Made by a program: the position numbers and the translations under genes
Assembly (NCBI GenBank): GCA_046045965.1
Contig: JBJOKS010000013.1
Location: 32,001-96,000 of the forward strand
Direction of reading: 5' to 3'
Length of the DNA: 64,000 nucleotides
From: Cyanobacteriota bacterium
GTDB taxonomy: Bacteria; Cyanobacteriota; Cyanobacteriia; Cyanobacteriales; Nostocaceae
Shown: one piece after another, positions 53,282-63,586 of the stretch
Numbering within the stretch: the first letter of the stretch is position 1
Layout of the letters: each line of letters opens with the position of its first letter
Notes under the pieces: model-generated
Seen by the model: only the letters and a program-made list of their open reading frames with translations
What the model was told of the DNA's origin: nothing
Database searches by the model: none

Positions 53282-54643
53282 ATGGCACTGCCAATTGTAG
53301 CAATTATCGGTCGCCCCAATGTGGGCAAATCCACCTTAGTAAATCGTTTAGCCGGAGATCAAACGGCGATAGTTCATGATGAACCAGGTGTAACACGCGA
53401 TCGCACTTATCGACCAGCATTTTGGAGCGATCGCGAATTTGTGGTAGTCGATACCGGCGGGTTAGTATTTAACGATGATACCGAATTTCTCCCTTTGATT
53501 CGTCAACAGGCAATGACGGCGCTATCAGAAGCCTGTGCAGCCATATTTGTAGTCGATGGCCAAGCAGGTCCCAACCAAGCAGATGAAGAAATCGCCCAAT
53601 GGTTGCGTCAACAACCTGTTCCCGTCTTACTAGCTGTAAACAAATGTGAATCACCAGATCAAGGTATTATTCAAGCCAGTGAATTTTGGGAATTAGGATT
53701 AGGTGAACCTTACCCCATTTCTGCCATTCATGGTAGTGGTACTGGGGAGATCCTCGACGAGTTAATAAAACACATTCCCGATGTAAAAGACCTAGAGGAA
53801 AATACAGAAATCAAAGTTGCCATTATTGGCCGTCCCAACGTTGGTAAATCAAGTTTATTAAATGCTTTCGTTGGTGAAGAACGGGCAATAGTTAGCCCCA
53901 TTTCAGGAACTACCCGCGACACAATTGATACTTTAGTTGAACGGGATGGACAGACTTACCGCTTAATTGATACTGCGGGAATTAGAAAAAAGAAACATAT
54001 AGAATACGGTACGGAATTTTTCAGCATTAACCGCGCTTTTAAAGCCATTCGTCGTGCCGATGTGGTTTTATTGGTATTGGATGCTTTAGATGGAGTCACC
54101 GAACAAGATCAAAAATTAGCCGGTCGCATTATCGAAGAAGGTCGCGCTTGCATTATTGTGGTTAATAAATGGGATGCCGTAGAAAAAGACTCTTACACTA
54201 TCTACGATTACGAAAAGAGTCTAGAAGCACGCTTGCATTTTACCGAATGGGCAGATACCATCTTTGTGAGCGCAGTTACAGGACAACGGGTAACAAAGAT
54301 TTTAGAATTGGTGAATAAAGCTGCGGAAGCGCACAAACGCCGTGTTAGCACATCAGTAGTGAATGAAGTCCTTACAGACGCAGTGAGTTGGCATTCTCCA
54401 CCAGCTTCACGCAGCGGAAAACAAGGTAAGATATATTATGGTACGCAAGTTAGTACCCAACCGCCAACATTTGCCTTATTTGTCAACGATGCTCAACGGT
54501 TTAATGACAATTATCGCCGTTATATTGAAAGACAATTCCGCAAACAATTAGGTTTTGAAGGTACACCAATTCGTTTATTTTGGCGGAGTAAAAAAGTCCG
54601 GGAAATGGAAGTTGGTAGTGTCAATCGAGCAACTCGCGTGTAA
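53282..54643 (+). CDS. der: Ribosome biogenesis GTPase Der
   Basis: Two GRPNVGKS domains plus KH-like C-terminus. Confidence 0.97.
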   Translation: MALPIVAIIGRPNVGKSTLVNRLAGDQTAIVHDEPGVTRDRTYRPAFWSDREFVVVDTGGLVFNDDTEFLPLIRQQAMTALSEACAAIFVVDGQAGPNQADEEIAQWLRQQPVPVLLAVNKCESPDQGIIQASEFWELGLGEPYPISAIHGSGTGEILDELIKHIPDVKDLEENTEIKVAIIGRPNVGKSSLLNAFVGEERAIVSPISGTTRDTIDTLVERDGQTYRLIDTAGIRKKKHIEYGTEFFSINRAFKAIRRADVVLLVLDALDGVTEQDQKLAGRIIEEGRACIIVVNKWDAVEKDSYTIYDYEKSLEARLHFTEWADTIFVSAVTGQRVTKILELVNKAAEAHKRRVSTSVVNEVLTDAVSWHSPPASRSGKQGKIYYGTQVSTQPPTFALFVNDAQRFNDNYRRYIERQFRKQLGFEGTPIRLFWRSKKVREMEVGSVNRATRV

Positions 54644-54714
54644 TAGTAGTCATTATTCAGAGGTCATTCTCACCAGTGACTAATGACTAATGACCAATGA
54701 CTAATGACTAAAAT

Positions 54715-55644
54715 ATGGATTTACTGCGATCGCTTCCACTGGGATTATACTTAGAACAACCACAAACTTGGCTACACAAATTAGATCCACGAGTCAAGTT
54801 AATTTGGTTGTTAAGTTTTCTCACTAGCTATGTTGTCGCTAACAACTATTGGCGCGTATTACTGGTATTACTGTTAATTATTTTTACAGTATTTGCCAAA
54901 ATTCCCCTGAGAGTATGGCGGCAACAAATGGGCTGGCTATTAGTGCTATCATTTATGGTATTGGCGATCGGTGCGATCAGTCCAGATGGACTAAGTATAA
55001 ATTATCAATCACGCCTACCAGCAAATGAACAGGTTTTAACTCAACCACCAACGGCTAAAGATACCAAAAAGACTCCAGAAATAGTAGATAGTAATAAAGA
55101 ATATAGATATGTACTATTTCATCAAGGACCAATCAAAATAAATCGTCGTTCCTTAGATTTAGCAATTAGTTTGAGTACAATAGTTTTTACTTTAATTTAC
55201 AGCACTAATTTATATTTGCTGACAACTGCACCAGAAGAAATTACATCTGGGATGGAAAGCTTAATGCAACCGTTAAGAAGATTCAAAATTCCAGTTACAG
55301 AAATTACCCTTACTTTAACTTTATCTTTGCGGTTTATTCCTTTAGTTTTAGAAGAAATTCAAAACCTAATACGTTCTGTAATGACTAGAGCAATTAATTG
55401 GAAAAAGCTAGGATTAAAAGGAGGTGCTAAAGTTTGGTTAATTGTCATTGAAAGACTATTGGAAAATTTGCTATTAAGAGCAGAACAAATGGCAAATGCA
55501 ATGATGGTAAGAGGTTTTACCAGTCCTAACGAACATCGAGTTAAATGGCAAGAGTTAAAATTAAGAACAGGTGATTGGTTAGCTATTGCAATTTTAATTG
55601 TATTTTGGGGGTTAAGAATAGCCTTTGGTACGGAAGTTTCTTAA
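54715..55644 (+). CDS. ECF transporter T component (CbiQ/EcfT family)
   Basis: LHKLDPRVK, LRFIP and AMMVRGF motifs. Confidence 0.88.
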   Translation: MDLLRSLPLGLYLEQPQTWLHKLDPRVKLIWLLSFLTSYVVANNYWRVLLVLLLIIFTVFAKIPLRVWRQQMGWLLVLSFMVLAIGAISPDGLSINYQSRLPANEQVLTQPPTAKDTKKTPEIVDSNKEYRYVLFHQGPIKINRRSLDLAISLSTIVFTLIYSTNLYLLTTAPEEITSGMESLMQPLRRFKIPVTEITLTLTLSLRFIPLVLEEIQNLIRSVMTRAINWKKLGLKGGAKVWLIVIERLLENLLLRAEQMANAMMVRGFTSPNEHRVKWQELKLRTGDWLAIAILIVFWGLRIAFGTEVS

Positions 55645-55759
55645 TATTTAATTGCGCTAATTTTTCAACTACAAGCTTGGTGTTAGACAAACTCAACTTT
55701 GAAATCATTCAACAATGAGACTGGAAGCATAACTTTGCCGTACCATTTTCTGTAACCTT

Positions 55760-55953
55760 ATCGCACTTTGGCTGTTTTTGTCCAGGTGCGTTTACTTTTT
55801 TTAATCACTGTCTGAATCAGGATGTCCAGGATTTTAGGATTTACAGGATGTTGATTTTCATAATTATGGCGATCGCACTTTGGCTTTTTTGACAATGTGC
55901 GTTTATTTTTTTAATAATTGTCTGATAGCGAAGCGTGGCGCAATCCATATCAG
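55760..55953. repeat. Imperfect ~60-bp direct duplication; the second copy carries a 23-nt element at 55926-55948
   Basis: ATCGCACTTTGGCT...TGTCTGA|ATCAG occurs at 55760-55820 and 55872-55953. Confidence 0.8.
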
Positions 55954-56100
55954 AATTTACAAGACTTTAATTTATGAAACAAGTGTAGTTATTATTTGTT
56001 ACATTACGACCCTTGGCTAATGCTAAAAAGCGATTAAACTATATATCTAGCCAGGAAATAAATTCCCTGGCTTTCAGATTTTCTCACAAACAAATAAAAA

Positions 56101-56174
56101 TGGACGTAACTGGATTCGAACCAGTGACCCCATCGATGTCAACGATGTACTCTAACCAACTGAGCTATACGTCC
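56101..56174 (-). tRNA. trnV: tRNA-Val(GAC)
   Basis: GGACGTATAGCTCAGTTGGTTAGAGTACATCGTT-GAC-ATCGATGGGGTCACTGGTTCGAATCCAGTTACGTCCA folds as a cloverleaf; CCA not encoded. Confidence 0.96.
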
Positions 56175-56192
56175 TTAGCCAAAGCAATTTCT

Positions 56193-56220
56193 ATCATAGC
56201 ATATATATTTTCCAGGTCAA
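56193..56220 (-). promoter_or_regulatory. Sigma70-type promoter of tRNA-Val
   Basis: TTGACC-N16-TATGAT with extended TG. Confidence 0.65.
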
Positions 56221-56250
56221 GAGCAAAATGCAACTAATGGCAAAAAGTAT

Positions 56251-56889
56251 TTAGCTCCTCGAACCTTCCACCACTTCCAACAAACTCCGCAACATCCAAT
56301 AAGCAGAAGTTCCCCCTGGATCTTGATGTCCGATACTGCGATCGCCCAAATAACTGGCTCTACCCTTCTTTGCTAACATTGGTATAGTAGCCTTTAACCC
56401 ACATTCCGCAGCAGTTACAGCTAACCGCAAAGCTTCCACAGTTCCCATACCTTCATTTACAGCTTGCTCAAAAGCCGTTACAGATGGAGACAGCACATCA
56501 ACCATTGTCTTATCTCCTAACTGCGCCTTACCACGCTCAACTACCCCATCTAAACCAGATTGAAGTAAACTTAACATATCTTTTGCAGTTAATTCCTGCT
56601 TATCAGCAGTGGCGGAACTAGCTCTTAAAAACCAAGTTCCATACAAAGGACCACTTGCACCACCAACGCTGGATATCAAAGTCATGCTGACGGTTTTAAA
56701 AATGCTGCTGATATCCTTACCTGCAACACTCGGTAAAATACTCTTGACCTTCTTAAAACCTCTATCCATATTGATACCATGATCAGCATCACCTATGGCT
56801 GCATCTAATTCCGTCAAATCTTCTTTATGATGCTCAATCACAGAAGCAAACACCATTAACCATTCAACAATTTGCACCTGAGTAACCAT
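56251..56889 (-). CDS. dhaL: Dihydroxyacetone kinase subunit L
   Basis: LDAAIGDADHG, GGASGPLYG, GRASY and DPG motifs. Confidence 0.93.
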   Translation of the reverse strand: MVTQVQIVEWLMVFASVIEHHKEDLTELDAAIGDADHGINMDRGFKKVKSILPSVAGKDISSIFKTVSMTLISSVGGASGPLYGTWFLRASSATADKQELTAKDMLSLLQSGLDGVVERGKAQLGDKTMVDVLSPSVTAFEQAVNEGMGTVEALRLAVTAAECGLKATIPMLAKKGRASYLGDRSIGHQDPGGTSAYWMLRSLLEVVEGSRS

Positions 56890-56890
56890 T

Positions 56891-57964
56891 TCATACTCCC
56901 CAGCGTAAACTTGCGGTTTTAACTGGTGCATCCCATAACCGTAACATCTCTTCGTCTAACTTCAGCAGAGTGATGGAGCAACCTTGCATTTCTAATGATG
57001 TCATGTAGGGTCCAATTAGATTACGCACTATTTGCAGTCCTTCCATCTCACAAATTTCTGCTAGTTTGCGGTAGACCAGATAAAGTTCAGAAACGGGAGT
57101 ACCACCCATACTGTTAACATAAGCTAAGAGGCGATCGCCTTTTTGCAAGGGTTTATTTAACAGTTCCACATCTACCCATCCTTCCTTGCTTTCGTCCCAT
57201 TCCCGCACTGTGCGACTATAGGCATTATCATCAATGAGTGATTGCACTAAAATCTCTGTAATTTCATCCCCAGAATTCATAGAAACCCTTTCTCGTCCTG
57301 GTTCTCCATGAATCCCTATTCCCAATTCTATTTGATCATCTTCCAAAGCAAAAGTCGGTGTACCCTTAGCAGGAACAGTACAAGAACTCAACGCTACCCC
57401 TACACTGCGGCCATGCAAATTCACCTTTCTACACAAATCTGCAACCTGCTGCAAATCATAACCTTTTTCCGCTGCGGCTCCACAAATTTTTTCTGCCAGT
57501 ACCGTTGTTCCTACACCCCTTCTTCCTTGGGTATATAAACTATCTTTCACTGCCACATCATCATCAATGATAATATTCAAAGTGCGGATACCTTCACTTC
57601 TGGCTAATTCCGTTGCCATTTCAAAATTCATCACATCGCCACTATAATTTTTGACAATATAAAGAATACCCGCACCTCCATCTACCCGTTCCGCTGCTGC
57701 TAACATTTGATCAGGAGTTGGTGAGGTGAAAACCTCTCCAGGACAAGCAGCATCAAGCATTCCCTGACCTACAAAACCCGCGTGCATCGGTTCGTGACCA
57801 CTTCCACCACCAGAAATAATTGCTACTTTTCCCTGTATAGGTGCATCGGCTCGATAGATAAAAGTAGGCTCATAATTTACCTGAATTAAATCGCTATGAG
57901 CCGCCGCCATTCCTGCTAGACTTTCCTTTACAAAGTCTTCTGGTTGATTAATCAGCTTTTTCAT
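56891..57964 (-). CDS. dhaK: Dihydroxyacetone kinase subunit K
   Basis: [15 protein letters not shown] and GIHGEPG motifs. Confidence 0.95.
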   Translation of the reverse strand: MKKLINQPEDFVKESLAGMAAAHSDLIQVNYEPTFIYRADAPIQGKVAIISGGGSGHEPMHAGFVGQGMLDAACPGEVFTSPTPDQMLAAAERVDGGAGILYIVKNYSGDVMNFEMATELARSEGIRTLNIIIDDDVAVKDSLYTQGRRGVGTTVLAEKICGAAAEKGYDLQQVADLCRKVNLHGRSVGVALSSCTVPAKGTPTFALEDDQIELGIGIHGEPGRERVSMNSGDEITEILVQSLIDDNAYSRTVREWDESKEGWVDVELLNKPLQKGDRLLAYVNSMGGTPVSELYLVYRKLAEICEMEGLQIVRNLIGPYMTSLEMQGCSITLLKLDEEMLRLWDAPVKTASLRWGV

Positions 57965-58098
57965 GATTTCTATTGGCAAAGGTGCTAAAAATCAGGATAA
58001 ACTTTTACAGCACCAAATTTCAGCATTTTTGCTTATAGAAGGGAACTCTTAACAGGGAATAGTGTTGAAACTTCTTTGGAATCTGAATTTGATTTCTG

Positions 58099-58635
58099 TC
58101 ACCTGTCACCTGCTACAACATTATTTAGTTTCAAGAAACTATCAAAAGCATACCAAGCTAAAACATACCAAGGAATTACTTCTAATTGCAGACCTTTAAT
58201 CATTAACTGTCTCACAGCTAAGATACTCAATCCAAAGGGAAACAGAAAACGTAAATCAACAGTACCATCTGTAGCACGTTCAACTCGTTGGTTTAAGTCA
58301 ATAACTGCATTAGATATACCCGTTGCTGCTTCTGTTTTACCTTGGGTAATATCTGCAAAAATTATGCCTATATCTTTTAGTGTTGCCAAAATTTCTGATA
58401 AAGCACCAGTTTGGGCATCATGATTAATAAGAATACTACCATGATGGATATTAGTTCGCACTTGAGTAATGTGAGGTTGTGCTGTTAAAAAATTGGCGAT
58501 ATGTTGTATTTTATCAGCTTGGCGGTTTTCCGGTGCAATTCTCAACCGTAGTCTTCCTGGAGTATCACTGACAATTTTTGTAGCTATGGGATTAAATGGT
58601 GTATTTAAACTTGCTTTCTCTGTAATTTCGAGCAT
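58099..58635 (-). CDS. HMA2-like (heavy-metal-associated 2) domain protein
   Basis: TPGRLRLR..V..N...GSILI pattern; hydrophobic C-terminus PWYVLAWYA. Confidence 0.65.
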   Translation of the reverse strand: MLEITEKASLNTPFNPIATKIVSDTPGRLRLRIAPENRQADKIQHIANFLTAQPHITQVRTNIHHGSILINHDAQTGALSEILATLKDIGIIFADITQGKTEAATGISNAVIDLNQRVERATDGTVDLRFLFPFGLSILAVRQLMIKGLQLEVIPWYVLAWYAFDSFLKLNNVVAGDR

Positions 58636-58776
58636 ATTTTAAACCTTTACCATGCAAAATTCATAATGGAAGCATTCAGCTAATAGCTACGTCACGCTAC
58701 TTTCTCGATGTTGAGTTTGGATATAAATTGTCTTGGCTGATAGCTGATAGCTGACGGCTGAATGCTTACTTACTAA

Positions 58777-59064
58777 TTACGAATTAGGTTGATTTTCAGC
58801 AGCTTCAAATGTAGGTGTATGTTGTTCTTCTGCTATTTCGGCTCTAGCTTCAGCGACAATATCTTCCCACGTTTCACCCAATTCTGCAAAAGCTCCCTTG
58901 CTTTTTTCATAAGCAACAAGTCCGCCTTTGATGATTGATTTAGCTATTGGTTTACCAATTCCTGCGACAACAGGGACTACCACAGGAGCAAGTAATACTG
59001 CACCAATTCCGGCTATAATTCCAGGAGCGCCAGCATCTTCTACAAAATCAGTAATTTTTGCCAT
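58777..59064 (-). CDS. DUF5132-like protein
   Basis: GIGAVLLAPVV..KPIAKSIIKGG..E..EDIVAEARAE. Confidence 0.7.
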   Translation of the reverse strand: MAKITDFVEDAGAPGIIAGIGAVLLAPVVVPVVAGIGKPIAKSIIKGGLVAYEKSKGAFAELGETWEDIVAEARAEIAEEQHTPTFEAAENQPNS

Positions 59065-59287
59065 ATTAAATCAACCTCCAATAAGTTAGAGAATCTTAAA
59101 TAAGCTTTTTAATTTACTCTAATTTCTTTCATAAAATCCTCTTACTACTGGTAGAGGTTTTCAGAAGTCAGGAGATAAGATGTTTTTACACAACTTTAGT
59201 TATACGTAAGTAATATTATATTTACACGGTTAATCCAAGGTGATATTATACCAGAATAATCAAAATGATTCCTGCTTTTGCCTCACC

Positions 59288-59820
59288 ATGTCAGCATCTA
59301 CAGATGAATCTCAAAGTAATATTACTATCAGCGATCAACCTGCTGGAAAAGATAGTCTAGGTTTGACACCCTATGTCATCGCTATGACTGAATTTTTAAC
59401 CCATCCTGACACCAAACCACCGCTAACTATTTCTATTGAAGGTGAATGGGGAAGCGGTAAATCTTCCTTTATGGAGCAATTGGAAGAACAGATAAAAGTG
59501 AAGTCTAAAGAGGTGAGAAAACAAGAGTTACAAAAAGTCAGGAAGAATCTCAAAATTGATAGCGATTTATCAGAGATATGGAAATTTTTACAATTACGCT
59601 TTGGACAAGAAACTCAAACAGTTTGGTTTAATGCTTGGAGACATGAAAAAGCTGCTGATTTATTACAAGCTTTAAATATGATGATTTCTAATGATCCGCA
59701 GATAATTTTTATCTTGGGTATGGATCGGGAAAAGGTAGCAGCGGGGATAACATATAAACAGAAGAATGTACTTCCGTATTTAGCTTCTATTAGAGGAAAA
59801 AACCAAGATTCAACAGAATC
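59288..59820 (+). pseudogene. KAP-family P-loop NTPase, internally deleted and 3'-truncated
   Basis: Walker A GEWGSGKS and FNAW are joined directly to KAADLLQALN; no TM insert or Walker B DDLDR; runs out of frame into an Rpn fragment. Confidence 0.75.
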
Positions 59821-59831
59821 AGGAGTTGATT

Positions 59832-60119
59832 ATGAAATTATCAGAAATGTATCAACAATTATTGGAAGAACTGAAAGAAGAACAAAGACAAGAAGGAAGA
59901 GAAGAAGGTCGTCAAGAAGGTCGTCAAGAAGGTCGGCAAGAAGGAGAAATAAGAGAACGTCGTGCAATGGTGGAAAGTATTTTACAAGTAAGGTTTGGAG
60001 AAGTTGATCCTGAATTAGCAAACATTATTGATCAGGTAATTACCATGTCTAGAGATAAATTTACTCCACTACTTTTAAATTTATCTCGTGCAGATTTATT
60101 AAATAGGTTTACAAACTAG
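59832..60119 (+). CDS. Orphan C-terminal module of an Rpn/YadD-like protein
   Basis: AGGAG at 59821-59825; MKLSEMYQQ...QEGREEGRQEG...LQVRFGEVD. Confidence 0.65.
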   Translation: MKLSEMYQQLLEELKEEQRQEGREEGRQEGRQEGRQEGEIRERRAMVESILQVRFGEVDPELANIIDQVITMSRDKFTPLLLNLSRADLLNRFTN

Positions 60120-60187
60120 CTACAAACTAGCTATTCAAAAAATCAATGGTGAGATGATTATCATTTTTAATCTATCTCACCTGTCAC

Positions 60188-60715
60188 CTACTTAACTATC
60201 CTGGCTTGATATTCAGCCTCAGTCATCAATTCCTCAGTAGATTCTACTCTATCTAAAAATACCTTGCCTTCCAAATGATCATACTCGTGTTGAAAAATTC
60301 GAGCGATGAAATCAGTTAATTCTTGCTTTTGTATCTTTCCATGACGGTTAGTATATTCAATTTCAATCTTCTGATATCTAGGAACTAAACCCCTAATTCC
60401 CGGAACACTTAAACAACCTTCCCAGCCTTTGACAACTTCCGTTGAATGACCAATAATTTGCGGATTAATCATTGCTGTTGGTTCCATTTCCGGTGCATCG
60501 GGATATCTGGAATTAGGACGAGAAGCAACAATAAATAAACGATAGGATGCTGCTACTTGAGGTGCAGCAATTCCCACACCATTAGCTTGGGAAACCGTAG
60601 CTATTAAATCATCAATGAGTTTTTGAATATGCTGATCATCAATGTTTGCCACCAAAGCAGCTTTTCGTCGTAATATCGGATTACCTAATTGGATGATTGG
60701 TACTTTTTCACTCAT
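60188..60715 (-). CDS. def: Peptide deformylase
   Basis: GIAAPQ, EGCLS and HEYDH motifs. Confidence 0.96.
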   Translation of the reverse strand: MSEKVPIIQLGNPILRRKAALVANIDDQHIQKLIDDLIATVSQANGVGIAAPQVAASYRLFIVASRPNSRYPDAPEMEPTAMINPQIIGHSTEVVKGWEGCLSVPGIRGLVPRYQKIEIEYTNRHGKIQKQELTDFIARIFQHEYDHLEGKVFLDRVESTEELMTEAEYQARIVK

Positions 60716-60794
60716 TTTTAAACCTCCTGTAATTTAAAACTCTTGTAAACATGGTAAGCATTCAGCCGTTAGCTAATGACTGAATGCTGACAAA

Positions 60795-62054
60795 TTAAGT
60801 ATCACGTCTAATTGGTAAAGGTGCCGGTCTGACTGTTAATTGAACAATTGTTCCATTCCGTTCTACTTGGACTTCGAGAGGAGTACCAATTTGACTTTTT
60901 TCTACTAGCTTTTGGACTTCATCAACTTTAGTTACAGGTTGATTATTAATGCTTTTAATTACATCCCCTGGTCTGAGTCCACCAATTGCGGCTGGTGATT
61001 GAGGAACAATTCTTACTAACAAAACGCCTTGATCTGCAATTAAATTTACTCTATCACCTAATCTACTAATGATTCTTTCCTTAACTTCTGGTGTGAGCGT
61101 CATCATTTGCACACCCAAATAAGGATGATCTACCCTACCTTTGCTAATTAATTCTTGAGAAATTTTCTGCACTGTATTAATAGGAATTGCAAACCCTAAA
61201 CCTTGAGCGCCTTGAATAATAGCGGTGTTCATTCCTATTACTTCACCACGAATATTAAGCAGTGGACCACCAGAATTGCCAGGATTAATTGCTGCATCTG
61301 TTTGTAAATAATCCACCCGCTTATCACTAGCACCAATGTCACTACTAGAACGGTCTGTAGCACTCAGAATTCCTGAAGTAACGGTATTATTTAAACCCAA
61401 AGGATTACCAATAGCAATTACCGCTTCTCCTGGTTGCAAGGTACTGGAATTACCTAAAGCTAGAGTTGGTAGATTATTAGCCTCAATTTGGATGACGGCT
61501 ACATCTGTAACTGGATCTTCTCCTAATACTTTGCCCTCAAAATTACGACCGTCTTTGAGTGTAACTGTAACTTGATCTGCGCCATCTACGACATGAGAAT
61601 TAGTCAAAATTTGCCCAGAAGAATTAATAATAAATCCAGAACCGCTACCCCTTTCTACTCTTTGTCTCTGCTGTGGGATTCTGTCACCAAAAAACCTGCG
61701 GAAAAATGGATCGGAAAATTCATCTGGTACTTGAGATGTAACAGTTCTAGCCGAATCAATACGAACAACAGCACCTCCAACTTTTTGTACTACTCCCACG
61801 ACAAAGTTAGGATTACCAGAAGATGCGATGATAGCAGGAGGCATAATTACTGAAGTTGGGTTAGTAGTCTTTTGGACTTGAGCCATGCCTTGTTCCGCTT
61901 CTAAGGTTCTACTATTTAAGTTAGAGCAGCCACTAAGAACCAATGCGGCTAAACCAGTGATTAACATCCATCCTTTTGCTTTTGCTCCCCTTTGGTGGAT
62001 CAAAAGCGTGGTATCAATATGTTTAGACGTTAGGTTATGATTATTCGTTTTCAT
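60795..62054 (-). CDS. HtrA/HhoA/HhoB serine protease with PDZ domain
   Basis: TNSHVV and GNSGGPL motifs, PDZ domain, lipobox-like LSGC. Confidence 0.92.
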   Translation of the reverse strand: MKTNNHNLTSKHIDTTLLIHQRGAKAKGWMLITGLAALVLSGCSNLNSRTLEAEQGMAQVQKTTNPTSVIMPPAIIASSGNPNFVVGVVQKVGGAVVRIDSARTVTSQVPDEFSDPFFRRFFGDRIPQQRQRVERGSGSGFIINSSGQILTNSHVVDGADQVTVTLKDGRNFEGKVLGEDPVTDVAVIQIEANNLPTLALGNSSTLQPGEAVIAIGNPLGLNNTVTSGILSATDRSSSDIGASDKRVDYLQTDAAINPGNSGGPLLNIRGEVIGMNTAIIQGAQGLGFAIPINTVQKISQELISKGRVDHPYLGVQMMTLTPEVKERIISRLGDRVNLIADQGVLLVRIVPQSPAAIGGLRPGDVIKSINNQPVTKVDEVQKLVEKSQIGTPLEVQVERNGTIVQLTVRPAPLPIRRDT

Positions 62055-62195
62055 GATGTACTTTTTTCTCCGTGTTAGTCACTAAGTGGTAGGATATTGG
62101 CTACCTGGTTTAAACCAGAATGATTACAGTTTAAAGTTAAATAATTGTTTGCTCATATCTTCTTCTATTGTGGCAATTAGCAGCAAAGTTTGTAG

Positions 62196-63575
62196 ATGAT
62201 GGAAATTCCCATAGACAATCTGTGGCATCAAGTGCTAGAGCGTTTACAGCTAGAGCTATCTCGTCCTACCTTTGAAACTTGGATTAAAACTGCTAATGCA
62301 GAACAGTTAGAAAATAATTGCTTAGTGATATCTACTCCTAACTTATTTGCGCGGAATTGGCTGCAAAAGTATTACATCAATACTATTGCTCGTGTGGTGC
62401 AAGATATTTTAGGTTATCCAGTAGAAATTTACATTACTGTTGCTCAAGGTGATGAAGTTTCTCCTTTAGATAAACAAGAGGTAGGTTGGGAATTACCAGC
62501 AGTCAATCCTATTACCCCAAATGTACCCAAAAACCCACAAAAAAGTACAGAATTAAATTCTAAGTACGTTTTTTCCAGATTTGTGGTTGGTGCTAATAAT
62601 CGTATGGCTCATGCGGCTTCTTTAGCAGTAGCAGAATATCCAGGTAGGGAATTTAATCCTTTATTTTTATGCGGTGGTGTGGGTTTAGGAAAAACTCATT
62701 TAATGCAGGCTATTGGTAATTATCGCTGGGAAATTTATCCTGATTCTAAAATATTTTATGTTTCTACTGAGCAGTTTACTAATGATTTAATTACTGCTAT
62801 TCGTAATGATAGTATGCAAAGTTTTCGGGAGCATTACCGAGCGGCTGATGTTTTGTTAGTTGATGATATTCAATTTCTGGAAGGTAAAGAATATACTCAA
62901 GAAGAATTTTTTCATACTTTTAATACTTTGCATGAGGCTGGTAAGCAAGTTGTGATTGCTTCTGACCGTCCTCCTAAACAAATTCCTAGTTTGCAAGAAC
63001 GGCTTTGTTCGCGGTTTTCGATGGGGTTAATTGCAGATATTCAAACGCCGGATTTAGAAACGCGGATGGCAATTTTGCAAAAAAAAGCTGAGTATGAAAA
63101 TATTCGTTTACCCAGAGATGTAATTGAATATATTGCTTATAATTATACTTCTAATATTAGAGAATTGGAAGGAGCTTTAATTCGGGCTTTGGCTTATATT
63201 TCTATTTGGGGTTTACCCATGACTGTGGAAAATATTACCCCGGTTTTAGGCACTCCTAGCGAGAAATTGGAAGCAACACCAGAGGTAATTTTAAATGTGA
63301 TAGCTGATTTTTTTAAGCTCTCAATTGAAGATTTAAAAAGTAATTCCCGCAGGAGAGAAATTAGCTGGGCTAGACAAATTGGTATGTATTTAATGCGTCA
63401 ATATACAGGATTAAGTTTACCAAGAATTGGTGAAGAGTTTGGAGGGAAAGACCATACAACGGTGATGTATAGTTGTGAGAAAATTACACAACTTCAGGAG
63501 ACAGATAAGAGTTTAATGCAAACTTTACGACAATTGAGCGATCGCATTAACATGAATAGTCGTTATCAAAAATAG
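62196..63575 (+). CDS. dnaA: Chromosomal replication initiator
   Basis: [18 protein letters not shown] and DHTTVMY motifs. Confidence 0.98.
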   Translation: MMEIPIDNLWHQVLERLQLELSRPTFETWIKTANAEQLENNCLVISTPNLFARNWLQKYYINTIARVVQDILGYPVEIYITVAQGDEVSPLDKQEVGWELPAVNPITPNVPKNPQKSTELNSKYVFSRFVVGANNRMAHAASLAVAEYPGREFNPLFLCGGVGLGKTHLMQAIGNYRWEIYPDSKIFYVSTEQFTNDLITAIRNDSMQSFREHYRAADVLLVDDIQFLEGKEYTQEEFFHTFNTLHEAGKQVVIASDRPPKQIPSLQERLCSRFSMGLIADIQTPDLETRMAILQKKAEYENIRLPRDVIEYIAYNYTSNIRELEGALIRALAYISIWGLPMTVENITPVLGTPSEKLEATPEVILNVIADFFKLSIEDLKSNSRRREISWARQIGMYLMRQYTGLSLPRIGEEFGGKDHTTVMYSCEKITQLQETDKSLMQTLRQLSDRINMNSRYQK

Positions 63576-63586
63576 GAGTTGAGAAG

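Noticed and set aside
55645..56174. tRNA-Val as an integration site for a genomic island
   Set aside because: No integrase and no duplicated tRNA 3' end seen in the window
56013..56237. 74-aa ORF
   Set aside because: It is antisense across tRNA-Val
59830..60007. Arg/Ser-rich C-terminus of the 255-aa ORF suggesting a nucleic-acid-binding tail
   Set aside because: It is the out-of-frame reading of the QEGR repeats of the Rpn-like fragment
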